Origin: an uncultured Thermoleophilia bacterium | Lineage (GTDB): Bacteria > Actinomycetota > Thermoleophilia > UBA2241 | Reading direction: 5' to 3' | Assembly: GCA_963702475.1 (NCBI GenBank) | Contig: CAVPCT010000003.1 | Coordinates: forward strand, 672,001-736,000 | DNA: 64,000 nt | In this document: in pieces, positions 43,228 to 53,489 of the stretch | Position numbering within the stretch: the first letter of the stretch is position 1 | Layout: each line of letters begins with the position of its first letter | Translations under genes and position numbers: made by a program | Notes under the pieces: model-generated | What the model was told of the DNA's origin: nothing | The model's input: the letters and a program-made list of their open reading frames with translations, nothing else | Database searches by the model: none

Positions 43228-43241
43228 GCGGGAGGCGCCGC

Positions 43242-43799
43242 GTGGCGAAGCTGGGCGGCGAGGTCACAGGCGTGCTCGAGGACGGGCGCGCGTGGTGCGT
43301 GCGCGACGCGCGCCCGCGCGACGCGCGCCCGCTCGCGCGCCTGCTCGACGACATCGCCGCCGAGCCGCAGCCGGCCTTGCTCATGCTGCCGGGCCAGTTC
43401 ACGGCGAGCGTGTGGAAGCGACGCATCCAGGACTCGCTGGCCGACCCGCGCTGCCTGCAGCTCTCGGCCACTGTGGGTGAGAAGCTGGCCGGCAACCTGG
43501 GGCTGCGGCCCGACGCCCACCCGAGCTCGGCGCACGTCACGTGGCTGGGGATGTCGATGGGCGAGCCGTTCCGCGGTCTGGGGCTGGGCGGGGCCCTGCT
43601 CGAGACCGCGGTCGAGTGGGCCACGGTGAGCGGCCTCGCGAAGATCGCCCTCGGCGTCTTTCCCGAGAACGTCCGGGCCATCGGCTTCTACGCGCGTCAC
43701 GGGTTCGTGGAGGAGGGCCGCCGGCGTGCCCAGTTCGTCCGCGCCGGGCAGTATCATGACGAGGTCCTCATGGCGCGCTTCCTCACAGACCCCGTCTGA
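43242..43799 (+). CDS. GNAT-family N-acetyltransferase
   Basis: FRGLGLG..LL, L.V...N..AI.FY...GF..EG, G.Y.D...M. Confidence 0.85.
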   Translation: MAKLGGEVTGVLEDGRAWCVRDARPRDARPLARLLDDIAAEPQPALLMLPGQFTASVWKRRIQDSLADPRCLQLSATVGEKLAGNLGLRPDAHPSSAHVTWLGMSMGEPFRGLGLGGALLETAVEWATVSGLAKIALGVFPENVRAIGFYARHGFVEEGRRRAQFVRAGQYHDEVLMARFLTDPV

Positions 43800-43802
43800 G
43801 CC

Positions 43803-44192
43803 GTGGACCGCTCCCACCTGCTCAAGACCCTGATCACGGTGGCGGCCGTGGCGCTCGCCGTGCTCCCGGCCGCCGTGGCCTTCGGCCTGGGCTGGCTCAC
43901 CTTCGGCCACCCCGACCTGCCCACCGGTGGGCCCACGCTGCCCGACACCACGCCGCCCGAGGCGTGGGCGCTCTTCGCGCTGCTCTACCTGGGCTGGCTG
44001 TCCGCGCTCATGGTGCTGCTCGTCTGGTCGTTCGATCGCGTCGGTCACCACTGGAGCGCGTGGGACAGGGCGCCGCGCAAGGAGAAGAAGCGACTCCGCC
44101 GCCTCCGCGCCGGCCTGGGCTTCCTCGCCGGGCAGGAGAAAGCGCGCGCCGACGCCGAGGCGGAGCTGACGCGCCGGACGGAGGACCGCTGA
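43803..44192 (+). CDS. Hypothetical two-TM membrane protein
   Basis: Two hydrophobic segments and a basic tail; fills the gap in the operon with typical codon usage. Confidence 0.65.
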   Translation: MDRSHLLKTLITVAAVALAVLPAAVAFGLGWLTFGHPDLPTGGPTLPDTTPPEAWALFALLYLGWLSALMVLLVWSFDRVGHHWSAWDRAPRKEKKRLRRLRAGLGFLAGQEKARADAEAELTRRTEDR

Positions 44193-44194
44193 CC

Positions 44195-46021
44195 GTGCCG
44201 CTCATCTCACGCGCCAGCATCGAGCAGGTCCAGACCATGGCCGACATGGTCGAGATCGTCGGCCAGTACACCCAGCTCAAGAAGGCCGGGGCCAACTACA
44301 GCGGGCGCTGCCCGTTCCACGAGGAGCGCACCCCGTCGTTCTCCGTGAACCCGACGGAGAAGCTGTACTACTGCTTCGGCTGCGGCGCCGGCGGCAACCT
44401 CTTCGGCTTCGTGCAGGCCAAGGAGAACCTGGACTTCGCCGGCGCCGTCGAGCACCTCGCCGACCGGTACGGCATCCAGCTCGAGTACGAGGAGAGCAGC
44501 CCTCGCGGCGAGGCCGAGCGCCGGCGCCGCGACCGGTTACGCTCCCTCCTGGAGCACGCCACCGCCCACTACGAGCGCGTGCTGTGGGATTCAGGCGCGG
44601 CCGCGCCGGCCCGCGAGTACCTCGCGCGGCGCGGCCTGGGCGAGGCTGTCTGCCGCGCCTTCCGCGTGGGCTTCAGCCGGCCGGGCTGGGAGAAGCTGCG
44701 AGACGCGGCGCAGACGAAGAGCTTCACCGACCAGGAGCTGCTCGACGCCGGCCTGGTCGTCCCCGGCCGCCAGGCGCGCCCGTACGACCGCTTCCGCGGG
44801 CGCATCATGTTCCCGCTGGCGGACGACCGCGGGCGCACCCTCGGGTTCGGCGCCCGCACCCTGGGCGACGAGAAACCCAAGTACCTCAACTCGCCGGAGA
44901 CGGCGCTGTACCACAAGAGCGAGGCCCTGTTCGGCCTGGACAAGGCCAGGGCCGCGGCCTCCCGCGACGACCGTGTGTACATCGTGGAGGGCTACACCGA
45001 CGTCATGGCGCTGGCCCAGGCCGGGGTGGAGAACAGCGTCGCCAGCATGGGCACGGCGCTCACGGAGCAGCAGCTCACGCGGCTCTCCCGGGTCACGCGC
45101 AACCTGTACCTCTGCTACGACGCCGACGCCGCCGGCATCGGGGCCATGGACAGGGCCCTCAGGCTGGGCCGCGCCATGGGCCTCAGCCTGCACGTGGTGC
45201 GCATCCCCGACGGGCTCGACCCGGCCGACTACGTGCTCTCCGGCGCCGGGCGCGACGGCTTCGAGCGGCTTGCCGCCGAGGCGCAGACCCTGTTACAATT
45301 CCACGTCCGTTTGGCGCTCGCCACTCACGACCTCGACAAGCCCGATGGACGGGCACGCGCGGTGGCGCGACTCAAGGAGGTCCTCTCCGAGGCGGCGACG
45401 CCGATCGAGCGCGACGACGAGCTGCGGTACATCGCCGATGTGCTGCAGCTCTCGGCCGAGAGCGCGAGCTACCTGCTGAAGGGCGGCGGACGACCTGGAG
45501 ACGGGCGCGCCGCCGCGCAGGGCCGCGGCGAGACCCCCCCGGACGGGGGCGCGGCGGCTGCGATCGGCGGCGCGCACGAGCTCGAGGTCCGCTTTCTGGC
45601 CGGCTGCCTTGCGCGGCCGGAAAAGGGGCGCGCGGTGGTGACCGGCTTGGACGACAGCTTCTTCTCGTCGGCCGAGACGCGTGCGGCGTTAGGTTCTGTG
45701 AAGGCGCGGTTGGAGGTCCCGGACGCGGGGAATACCCTGCAAACACTGCACGACGGGGCTGAAGACGCGGGCGGAACGGTGCTCGCGGAGGTCATCGTGC
45801 GCGCCGGTCGCGAGCGCTTCACGGACGTGGTGGTCGACGAGTTCTTCCTGCGTCTGCAAGAGGCGCAACTGGGAAGACTCATGGCGCGGCTCAAGGTCGC
45901 GATGCAGGGTGACGAGACAGAGAAGCAGGCGCGGGAACTGGCGAGACTCGAGGCTGCGCGGCGGCGTCTCCGCGAGGCGCTCCGGGCCATTCCCGTGGAC
46001 GAGGAGCCCCAAGAAGGGTAG
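44195..46021 (+). CDS. dnaG: DNA primase
   Basis: CPFH.E.TPSF...[33 protein letters not shown]...YDAD.AG, DPAD. Confidence 0.96.
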   Translation: MPLISRASIEQVQTMADMVEIVGQYTQLKKAGANYSGRCPFHEERTPSFSVNPTEKLYYCFGCGAGGNLFGFVQAKENLDFAGAVEHLADRYGIQLEYEESSPRGEAERRRRDRLRSLLEHATAHYERVLWDSGAAAPAREYLARRGLGEAVCRAFRVGFSRPGWEKLRDAAQTKSFTDQELLDAGLVVPGRQARPYDRFRGRIMFPLADDRGRTLGFGARTLGDEKPKYLNSPETALYHKSEALFGLDKARAAASRDDRVYIVEGYTDVMALAQAGVENSVASMGTALTEQQLTRLSRVTRNLYLCYDADAAGIGAMDRALRLGRAMGLSLHVVRIPDGLDPADYVLSGAGRDGFERLAAEAQTLLQFHVRLALATHDLDKPDGRARAVARLKEVLSEAATPIERDDELRYIADVLQLSAESASYLLKGGGRPGDGRAAAQGRGETPPDGGAAAAIGGAHELEVRFLAGCLARPEKGRAVVTGLDDSFFSSAETRAALGSVKARLEVPDAGNTLQTLHDGAEDAGGTVLAEVIVRAGRERFTDVVVDEFFLRLQEAQLGRLMARLKVAMQGDETEKQARELARLEAARRRLREALRAIPVDEEPQEG

Positions 46022-46032
46022 GGACGGACGTT

Positions 46033-47154
46033 TTGACCGAATCCGCTGAAGATCGCACCAAGGCCGCCGACCCGGCGGAGCTGTCCATCGACGAGGTCCG
46101 TCTGCTTCTGGATGAGGGCCTCGCCCAGGGCTATCTTGCGAGCGATCACATCGCCGACGCTCTGCAGGACGTTGAGCTCACGCCCGACCAGATCGACGGC
46201 ATCTACAACCTGTTTGCCGACAACGGCATCGACATCATCGAGGGCGACGCGGTGGCCGGCGAGGAGGGTCCCGAGGCCAAGCCCGAAGAAGAGGTGCCCA
46301 TCAAGCTGGACCTCTCTGTCAAGACGCCCACCAACGACCCGGTGCGCATGTACCTCAAGGAGATCGGCAAGGTACCGCTGCTCACGGCCGAAGAAGAGGT
46401 GTCGCTGGCCAAGCGCATCGAGCGCCGCGACATGGAGGCCAAGCGCAAGCTCATCGAGGCCAACCTGCGCCTCGTGGTGTCCATCGCCAAGCGCTACGTC
46501 GGGCGCGGCATGCTGTTCCTCGACCTCATCCAGGAGGGCAACCTCGGCCTCATCCGTGCCGTGGAGAAGTTCGACTACCGCAAGGGCTACAAGTTCAGCA
46601 CGTACGCCACGTGGTGGATCCGCCAGGCGATCACGCGCGCCATCGCCGACCAGGCCCGTACGATCCGCATCCCGGTGCACATGGTGGAGACCATCAACAA
46701 GCTCATCCGCGTGCAGCGTCAGCTCCTGCAAGACATCGGCCGTGAGCCCACCCCGGAGGAGATCGCCGCCGAGATGGGCACCACGCCGCAGAAGGTGCGC
46801 GAGATCCTCAAGATCAGCCAGGAGCCCGTGAGCCTCGAGACGCCCATCGGCGAGGAAGAGGACTCCCAGCTCGGTGACTTCATCGAGGACGAAGACGCGA
46901 CCATGCCGGTCGAGGCCGTGAGCGAGATCATGCAGAAAGAGGAGCTCCAGCAGGTCCTCGGTACGCTCACACACCGCGAACGCAAGGTCATCGAGCTGCG
47001 CTTCGGTCTCAAGGGCGAGCACCCGCGTACCCTGGAAGAGGTGGGGCAGAAGTTCGGCGTCACGCGCGAGCGCATCCGCCAGATAGAGGCCAAGACGCTG
47101 GCCAAGCTCAAGGCGTACCGCGACTCGCAGCGCCTGCGCGACTTCCTCGATTGA
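46033..47154 (+). CDS. rpoD: Primary sigma factor RpoD/SigA
   Basis: [59 protein letters not shown]. Confidence 0.97.
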   Translation: MTESAEDRTKAADPAELSIDEVRLLLDEGLAQGYLASDHIADALQDVELTPDQIDGIYNLFADNGIDIIEGDAVAGEEGPEAKPEEEVPIKLDLSVKTPTNDPVRMYLKEIGKVPLLTAEEEVSLAKRIERRDMEAKRKLIEANLRLVVSIAKRYVGRGMLFLDLIQEGNLGLIRAVEKFDYRKGYKFSTYATWWIRQAITRAIADQARTIRIPVHMVETINKLIRVQRQLLQDIGREPTPEEIAAEMGTTPQKVREILKISQEPVSLETPIGEEEDSQLGDFIEDEDATMPVEAVSEIMQKEELQQVLGTLTHRERKVIELRFGLKGEHPRTLEEVGQKFGVTRERIRQIEAKTLAKLKAYRDSQRLRDFLD

Positions 47155-47269
47155 CCTGCGAAGTGTCGTCAACGTGAGGTGCCGCGCCAGCGTCACCTCA
47201 CACTGACCGCCGCAGGCGGGTCAACGTCGGGTGCACCGAAACGGCACCCGACACTGGCTCGATACTCGT

Positions 47270-47298
47270 TTGTCGCACCGTAGCCGGTGGCCTATAAT
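47270..47298 (+). promoter_or_regulatory. Sigma70 promoter of tRNA-Asn
   Basis: TTGTCG-N17-TATAAT. Confidence 0.75.
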
Positions 47299-47314
47299 CT
47301 GTCGGCCAGAGCGG

Positions 47315-47389
<75 letters not shown>

Positions 47390-47404
47390 CCTTCACTCAA
47401 AACT

Positions 47405-47439
47405 GCCGCAAAGGAGCTATGTTCAAGTTCCTTTGCGGC
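47405..47439 (+). terminator. Hairpin between the tRNA and the convergent integrase
   Basis: gccgcaaagga...tcctttgcggc. Confidence 0.6.
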
Positions 47440-47487
47440 GGTGCCGTTTCGGCCTCTGTACTCCAAACGTACTCCCGGGTCTCGCGC

Positions 47488-48759
47488 CTACTCCCCGGCG
47501 GCGGCAATCAGAGCCGCCACCAGCACCGCGGCCTCCCCCTGCATGTTGGGAAGCACGTGGCTGTAGGTGTCGAGCGTGATGCGGATGTTCGCGTGGCCGA
47601 GGCGCTCCTGCACCACCTTGGGGTGCACGCCTCCCTGCAGTGCGTAGGTGGCCCAGCCGTGGCGCAGGTCGTGCATGCGTATGCGCGGCACGGCGACAGC
47701 CGCGACCGCCTGCTGGAAGAGCTTCTGCACGCGGTCGGGGTGCCACGGTGAGCCGTCCTCGCGCGTGAACACGTGGCCGGTCGCCTGCCACGCCTCACCC
47801 CAGGTGTCGGCGTCGTCGAGCTGCTGCGCACTCTGCCGCCGCAGCACGGCGATCGTTGCGGGGTCGAGGTCGACGGGACGGCCGCCGCCGGTCTTGGTGA
47901 CGGTCTCGGCGACCTCGTAGCCGCTGGACGTGCGCTGGCGCTGCAGGGCGATACGGCCGCGTTCGAGGTCCACGTCGCTCCACCGCAGGCTGAGCACCTC
48001 GCCACGGCGCAGGCCGGTCAGCGCCAGCATGTGCCACAGGGGGCCGAGGCGGTCGTCGCGGGTCGCCTGCAGGAAGGTGTTCAGCTCCTTGAGCGACCAC
48101 ACGTGCATCTCGCGCTGGTGCACCGTGGGACGGCTGACGCCGGTCGCCGGGTTGGTGCGCAGGAGGCCGTCCTTGACGGCGTCGCCGAGGGCGTGGTGCA
48201 GGACGCCGAGCACCGAGCGCCGCGAGGCGGGGGAGAGGACGTGGCCGTGCGGACCCGGCTCCGTGTTGAGCTTGGCGGCGAGCACGCCGACGTCGGCGCG
48301 CGTCAGCTTCTGCAGCGGGACGTGGCCGATGTGGCCGGCGATGCGGCCGGCGTGCAGCTTGTACAGGCGCAGGCTCCCGGCCGCGAGGTTCTCGGCTTCC
48401 AGTGCGGTCTGCCAGCGCGTCAGCCAGTCGCTCAGCGTCATGTCGACCGGCGGGATGTAGTCGCCGTGCTCGCGGTCGTGGAGGGTGTCGCGGAGAGCCT
48501 TGTCGGCCTCTTTCTTGGTGGCGTACTTGGCGGGCATCAGCTCCTGACGACGGGAGACGATCGTCTCAAGCTCTCCCTCGCACTTCGGGCAGGTATCGGG
48601 CGGGTCCTCGTCCATCCAGTAGACCGCGCCTCGCTGGTACTCATATGCCGTGCCGTCTTTGCGGGTGACGCGGCGGACGGTCGTGCACGTGGGGCAGCGC
48701 ACGGCCGCCTGCTCGCCGAGCTCTAGGACGACGCGCCAGGCGCCGCTGCGTTTCTGCAC
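47488..48759 (-). CDS. Tyrosine recombinase/integrase with CxxC...CxxC insert; 5' end possibly clipped
   Basis: Catalytic TGLRRGE, HDLRH, LGH and DTY; N-terminal QKRSGAWRV. Confidence 0.9.
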   Translation of the reverse strand: MQKRSGAWRVVLELGEQAAVRCPTCTTVRRVTRKDGTAYEYQRGAVYWMDEDPPDTCPKCEGELETIVSRRQELMPAKYATKKEADKALRDTLHDREHGDYIPPVDMTLSDWLTRWQTALEAENLAAGSLRLYKLHAGRIAGHIGHVPLQKLTRADVGVLAAKLNTEPGPHGHVLSPASRRSVLGVLHHALGDAVKDGLLRTNPATGVSRPTVHQREMHVWSLKELNTFLQATRDDRLGPLWHMLALTGLRRGEVLSLRWSDVDLERGRIALQRQRTSSGYEVAETVTKTGGGRPVDLDPATIAVLRRQSAQQLDDADTWGEAWQATGHVFTREDGSPWHPDRVQKLFQQAVAAVAVPRIRMHDLRHGWATYALQGGVHPKVVQERLGHANIRITLDTYSHVLPNMQGEAAVLVAALIAAAGE

Positions 48760-48769
48760 GAAGACGGCA

Positions 48770-49657
48770 GGACGAGCGCGGCGAGGTCTGTATGTCGCCT
48801 ACACCCAAGTGAGCGAGGACACGAACTACGTGAGGGGCCGGCCGGATTGGCAGGAGTTGGCGAGGCGACCGGTGCGCTCCAAGATTCCATGCCTCTTCGA
48901 GGTCAACGAGACCGACAACGACGAGAACCGCATTCTTCTCTGGACTCTATATGTGATTGGCCGGGCTGGGATTGCTGGCGACCAGAAGGCCAGCTTGGCT
49001 TCCGCCTACCGAGCCTTGGCCAGCTGCGTCAGCCTCGTGCCGTTCACGCCAAGAGACTGCGTCGGCCGGCACTACACCCGCTTGAACAGTGACGACTATG
49101 CGTCTCTCCACGGTCTCTGCAGGCTGCTATTGTCAGGCAGCGCCCCACTCAGCGCCGGAGGTGACCTCGTCGCCCCGCCGTTCCTGCTGGACATGGCGGC
49201 TCTCTTCGAGGTGTTCGTCTATCGCTGGTTGGAGCTCCATCATCTACCCGAGGGTGTGACGGTCGAGCCGCAAGAGCGAGTGGTCATCGATGAGTCTTCG
49301 GGGCTCGAGTTCCGAATCGACCTGGTGCTTCACGATGAAGCTGGCGCGGCTCTCTGTACGCTTGACACCAAGTACAAACTCACGACCACGCCCGACAGCG
49401 CTGACATTCATCAGGCGGTCGCCTATGCGGTGTCGGTGGGGGCGACCGAGGCAGTCCTAGTGTACCCGTCCGACCTGAGGCCGGAGCTGGAGGTGCACGC
49501 CGGCGGAGTTCGTGTCTCGTCTGCATCGTTTGACCTCGGTTCTGCCAGCACCGATGCGGCCGGTGCCGCTCTCCTAGCATCGCTGCCGCCCTTGTCCACG
49601 GCCGCTCCAGGCGACTCCGAGTTGCCCGATCATGCGTCTCGCGAAGCACCCCAGTGA
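48770..49657 (+). pseudogene. mcrC: 5'-truncated McrC-family 5mC restriction subunit
   Basis: RRGLY..Y, RGR, D..EN.IL, RLN..Y, DM..LFE.FV, PD-(D/E)xK-like IDLVL...LDTKYK, D..Q..AYA. No start codon or RBS; abuts the integrase 5' end. Confidence 0.75.
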
Positions 49658-50115
49658 CTTCCGCCGCTTTCGATTCACCGAACGGGCAGGGACCTACGCC
49701 TATCCCCTATGCTTCAAGCGTTGCGATCCGTGTCCGCATGCAGCAGCAGCGACGACGCGATACGGAGGCCGAAATGGCCGTGCGCAGACTCGTGCACGCG
49801 GCCGGCCTCAGGTACCGCGTCGATGTGCGGCCCGTCAAGGAGGTCCGCCGCAAGGCCGACCTCGTCTTCACCAGGGCGAAGGTCGCTGTCTTTGTCGACG
49901 GCTGCTTCTGGCACGGCTGCCCGGAACACGGCTCGTCCCCGAAGGCGAACGCGGCCTGGTGGCGCGACAAGATCGAGGCGAACGTCCGGCGGGACCGCGA
50001 CACGGACGCACGGCTCACAGACGCCGGCTGGTGCGTCGTGAGGATCTGGGAGCACGACGACCCGCAGTGGGCGGCGAGGCGAATAGCCGAAGAGGTCGCA
50101 AGGCGCAACTGCTGA
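49654..50115 (+). CDS. vsr: Very short patch repair endonuclease
   Basis: RM.....DT..E..VR, GLRYR, ADLVF...KVAVFVDGCFWHGCP.H, W..KI..N..RD, GW...RIWEH. Confidence 0.92.
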   Translation: MTSAAFDSPNGQGPTPIPYASSVAIRVRMQQQRRRDTEAEMAVRRLVHAAGLRYRVDVRPVKEVRRKADLVFTRAKVAVFVDGCFWHGCPEHGSSPKANAAWWRDKIEANVRRDRDTDARLTDAGWCVVRIWEHDDPQWAARRIAEEVARRNC

Positions 50116-50470
50116 GGCTCTGGGCGTGGGAGGGCGGCCGTTGGTCGTCACCAGCCACCGGTGCGCACCGGCAGCCCGGCCGCCCCCTCCGCGCGACCGG
50201 CCTCCGTTTCGGGGACTGCGCCCACACGCACAGACTTCCGGTCGCGGAAGAGGGTAGGCGACGGCCGGGCGCGCCTCGAGGGTGACGATGGGGTTGGGCG
50301 GGTGACGATGCGGGGGCGCACGCGTATCCGTCCGAGGTGCCGCTCATCATCGGAGAGTGGCCGCCTGTTCACAGTCGCCGCTCATCCTGCCGACAACAGA
50401 AGGGGCCACCGGGAGGGACCATGACCTTCGCGACGTTCAGCTCGGCGGGGACGGGCGAGAGTGACACGCC

Positions 50471-51364
50471 GTGAGCGCCGACGCCGACCTTGACGCCGTC
50501 TTCGCTGCCACCTACACGGCCGCCTACCATGCCGCGTGCGCCGACGGCTACGCCCCGGACTACGCCGCCGACTACGCCGAGGAAGCCGCCAAGGCGGCCC
50601 GCGCCGACGCCAAAGCGGCCCGCGAGGCCGCCGCCCGCGAGGCCGAGGCCGCGCGCCCTGCCGCCCGCGAGGCCGCCTACGCCGCCGCCTACGAGGCCGC
50701 CTACGAGGCCGCGTGCGCCGCCGCCGCCGAGTACGCCGACCCCCAGCTCGCGGCCGCCAAGGCCGCCTACGCCGCCGCGAAGGCCGATTACGACATCGCC
50801 CGCGACGCCGTCCGCCTGGCCGCCCGGAACGCCGCCCGGGATGCCGGATTCAAGGCCGCCGCCGCCGCTCGCGCCGCTTTCGACGCCGACTACAAGGCCG
50901 CCCGCGAGGCCGCCAAGGCCGCTGCCCGCGAGGCCGCCGACGCCGCCGACGCCGCCGATGGGGCCGTCCGCAAGGCCGCCCTGGCCGCCTTCCCCACCGA
51001 CCCGACTGCCTACCTGACCCGTTACCGCACCGACCACCCCTCCGCCGACCCTGCCCGCATGTCCGCCTACAAAGCCGCCCGCGAGGCCGCCAAGGTCGCC
51101 CGAAGAGCCGCCCGGCGCGCCGATCGGGACGTCGAGTCGCTCGAGCGGGGGCGCAACTCCGACAGATCCGCCGCCGGAGGACGCGCCTATAGTGCTGCCC
51201 GCGCTGCCGCCGAACCCGGCTGCGACGCCGCCTTCGCCGCTGCCTACGCCGAAGAACTCGCCGCCGCCAAGGCCGCTTACCACGCCGCTCGGGCCGCCTA
51301 CACCGCCGCATACGAGGCCTACACCGCCGCCTACGACGCAGCTCACGAAGGGGGTAGCTGGTGA
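50471..51364 (+). CDS. Ala-rich low-complexity helical protein (AAY/AAREAA repeats)
   Basis: Long ORF dominated by GCC codons. Its GTG overlaps the stop of a short RBS-led ORF starting at 50421. Confidence 0.6.
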   Translation: MSADADLDAVFAATYTAAYHAACADGYAPDYAADYAEEAAKAARADAKAAREAAAREAEAARPAAREAAYAAAYEAAYEAACAAAAEYADPQLAAAKAAYAAAKADYDIARDAVRLAARNAARDAGFKAAAAARAAFDADYKAAREAAKAAAREAADAADAADGAVRKAALAAFPTDPTAYLTRYRTDHPSADPARMSAYKAAREAAKVARRAARRADRDVESLERGRNSDRSAAGGRAYSAARAAAEPGCDAAFAAAYAEELAAAKAAYHAARAAYTAAYEAYTAAYDAAHEGGSW

Positions 51365-51564
51365 CACGCCCGAGGGCTGAAGCCGCACCGCCGCACAAGG
51401 CCACGCGCGCCCCGGAAGCCGCCCGGGCGCTACCTATACTCCCGCGCGCCTGGACGTCGCCAGACGGCCCCCTGGACTCCCCGGGGGGGCGCGCGACGTG
51501 AGCCGCAACGGCGCCCGCGCTCGCCGCCGTCGGCGGCGGGTAGGCTCCAAGGGATCGATGGGAG

Positions 51565-51819
51565 GTGGAGGGAATGTGCGCATCGCCGATCCCGCACCAG
51601 TGCGGCTCCTGCAGCCGCTTTCACGGGGAGTACGCGCCCAGTCCGGAGGAGCTGCTCGATCCGTACCTCTGCGACGCCGGCTCGCTGAAGTGCGACGCCT
51701 TCCCGAAGGGCATCCCGTGGACGATCCAGCGGGGCGAGTTCGACCACGAACGGGAGTGGCCCGGCGACGGCGGCCTGCGCTATGAACGGGCCGTGACGCG
51801 ACAGCCCCGCCACCCGTAG
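51565..51819 (+). CDS. Small phage-type Cys/His protein
   Basis: CxxC...CDAFPxGIP..I..G..DH....PGDGG.RYE pattern, which I recall from small prophage proteins; RBS GGAGG. Confidence 0.65.
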   Translation: MEGMCASPIPHQCGSCSRFHGEYAPSPEELLDPYLCDAGSLKCDAFPKGIPWTIQRGEFDHEREWPGDGGLRYERAVTRQPRHP

Positions 51820-51927
51820 GGGCAGCGGGGAGCCCCTCAGGTCCCGATTCTACGATCGCCCCGCCACGCCGGCCCACGCACATGCACGGCGAGCGGGCGA
51901 GCGCCTACCGCTCCGGAGAGGAGCACG

Positions 51928-52194
51928 ATGGACGACACGACGGCCGAGCATGACAAGCGCGAGGCTGAGTACAGGGCGGCGCACGACAAGAGTGACGCGG
52001 AGTACAGAGCGGCGCACGACAAGAGCGAGGCGGAGGCCAAGGCCGCACACGACAGGAGCGAGGCGGAGGCCAAGGCCGCACACGACAGGAGCGAGGCCGA
52101 AGCCAAGCTCGCACACGACAAGGACAAGGCCGAGCACGACGAGCGCACTCAGGCCGAGGACGACGCAATCAAGAAGGCCTGGCGACGGACCTGA
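51928..52194 (+). CDS. Hydrophilic 11-residue tandem-repeat protein
   Basis: RBS GAGGAG; (HD[KR]xEAExxAA) x5. Confidence 0.7.
   Translation: MDDTTAEHDKREAEYRAAHDKSDAEYRAAHDKSEAEAKAAHDRSEAEAKAAHDRSEAEAKLAHDKDKAEHDERTQAEDDAIKKAWRRT
51949..52113 (+). repeat. 33-bp tandem repeat x5 (coding)
   Basis: Units like cacgacaggagcgaggcggaggccaaggccgca. Confidence 0.9.
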
Positions 52195-52466
52195 GATGCG
52201 CGCGACCGCCGCGAGGACAGCCTGACTGCAGCCTCGCCTCACGCAAAACCCCCGCGCGGGTGGTGAGGCCCGTCGCGGGGTGGGTGGCCAGCCGGTCGGA
52301 CAAGGACCCTCAGCAGCCGGCGACGCCGTTCCCGAGAGGTGCCAGCCCCTCGATGAAGGACGGCACACGCCACCGAGGCGCGGCCCCGGGTTCTCACACA
52401 ACGCCCGGGCCGCGCCCTTCTGCTGCAACGTCCCGGGACGTCGCTTGCGAGGCCAGCCCGAGGCCA

Positions 52467-52697
52467 GCTGATCATGCTGGCCACCAGGTCCGCGGCCTCT
52501 CCCTGCATGTGGGGGATCAGGTGCGAGTACGTCTGTCCGCAGCGGGCACTCACGCACGGCATCACCGAGCGCGTGGTGCAGAGCGACGAGGAGCGACCGC
52601 CCTGTGGCGGGGTTGCGCACGCGGCCGCGTGGGCCCGGTTCGGTGGCAAGCTTGGCCGCGAGCACGCCCACGTCAGCGCGTCCTCGCCTCTGGAGCT
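52467..52697 (-). pseudogene. Internally deleted relic of an integrase related to 47488-48759
   Basis: RADVGVLAAKLATEPGPRG...LHHALGDAV joined to TYSHLIPHMQGEAADLVA; both match the upstream integrase. Confidence 0.8.
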
Positions 52698-53076
52698 GAG
52701 CGTGGAGTAGACGCTGGCCGTGCGACCCCTCCAGGGACCCTCGGCAAGAGGTGAACGCTCGCCAGCACATCTGGGTGGTGATCGACTCCGGAGCCAGTCA
52801 ACGCCCAAGGAGCTACCACTTGCGGCCCTCCGGGCAGATAATGGTCCGGGGTCAGGCGTGGAGGGATCATGACCGTCGTAGCGTGGGGACCGACGACCGC
52901 CCGGGCCAGCAGCGAGGACGATCTGGCCCGCGAGTGTGGCCTGCAAGCGCATGTTGTCTGGGTGGACGACGGGCATGGCCCAGCCGCGTGTCAGGTGCCG
53001 ATGAGGGCTCGCCGTGAGTGGCCGGCCGTCAGAGAGCGACCACATCGCACGTCGACGCCGCTGGCATGACGACGGC

Positions 53077-53304
53077 ATGGATGCGCCTGCAGACACCGTC
53101 ATGCACCGGCTTGTGGTGACGGGCCCCGAGCGCGATCGGCTCTATCAGCACTTCAGTCGCCTCTTCTGGGGGCGGGTCGGGGTCGAGGTCGTCAAGGACC
53201 GCCGCGTCGCTGAGCGACGCCGGAGCAGCTCACAGAGTGCCGTCGAGCGCCGCTCGCGCGAGCGGCGCCGCGCCGCGCCGGATTGGGTATTCCCGCCGTC
53301 CTGA
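53077..53304 (+). CDS. Small hypothetical protein with [DE]RR repeats
   Basis: LY..F...F.....VEVVKDRRVAERRR...ERRSRERRR. Confidence 0.55.
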   Translation: MDAPADTVMHRLVVTGPERDRLYQHFSRLFWGRVGVEVVKDRRVAERRRSSSQSAVERRSRERRRAAPDWVFPPS

Positions 53305-53489
53305 AGACGCCGTCTCCCAATCGCCCCCACACGAGCGTACGGATTCAGGTCGCAGAGCGGCTGTCCAGAGTCCCTCGGAGGGCTCGCAGGACTCGCGGAG
53401 CACGACGACACGGCGTCGAGCATTGTCACCCCTGAGTTCGGAGGCTATGCTTCGCGCGGCTCAGACCTGCGAACACTCGAGAAGGCGGC

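Noticed and set aside
50471-52194. CRISPR array or diversity-generating retroelement in the island repeats
   Set aside because: The repeats are in-frame coding units without unique spacers; no cas or reverse transcriptase gene and no adenine-specific TR/VR pair is seen.
52782-52796. tcgactccggagcca (also ccgagaggtgcca near 52332) as attR copies of the tRNA-Asn 3' end
   Set aside because: The matches are short and need gaps; they cannot be told from chance in GC-rich DNA.
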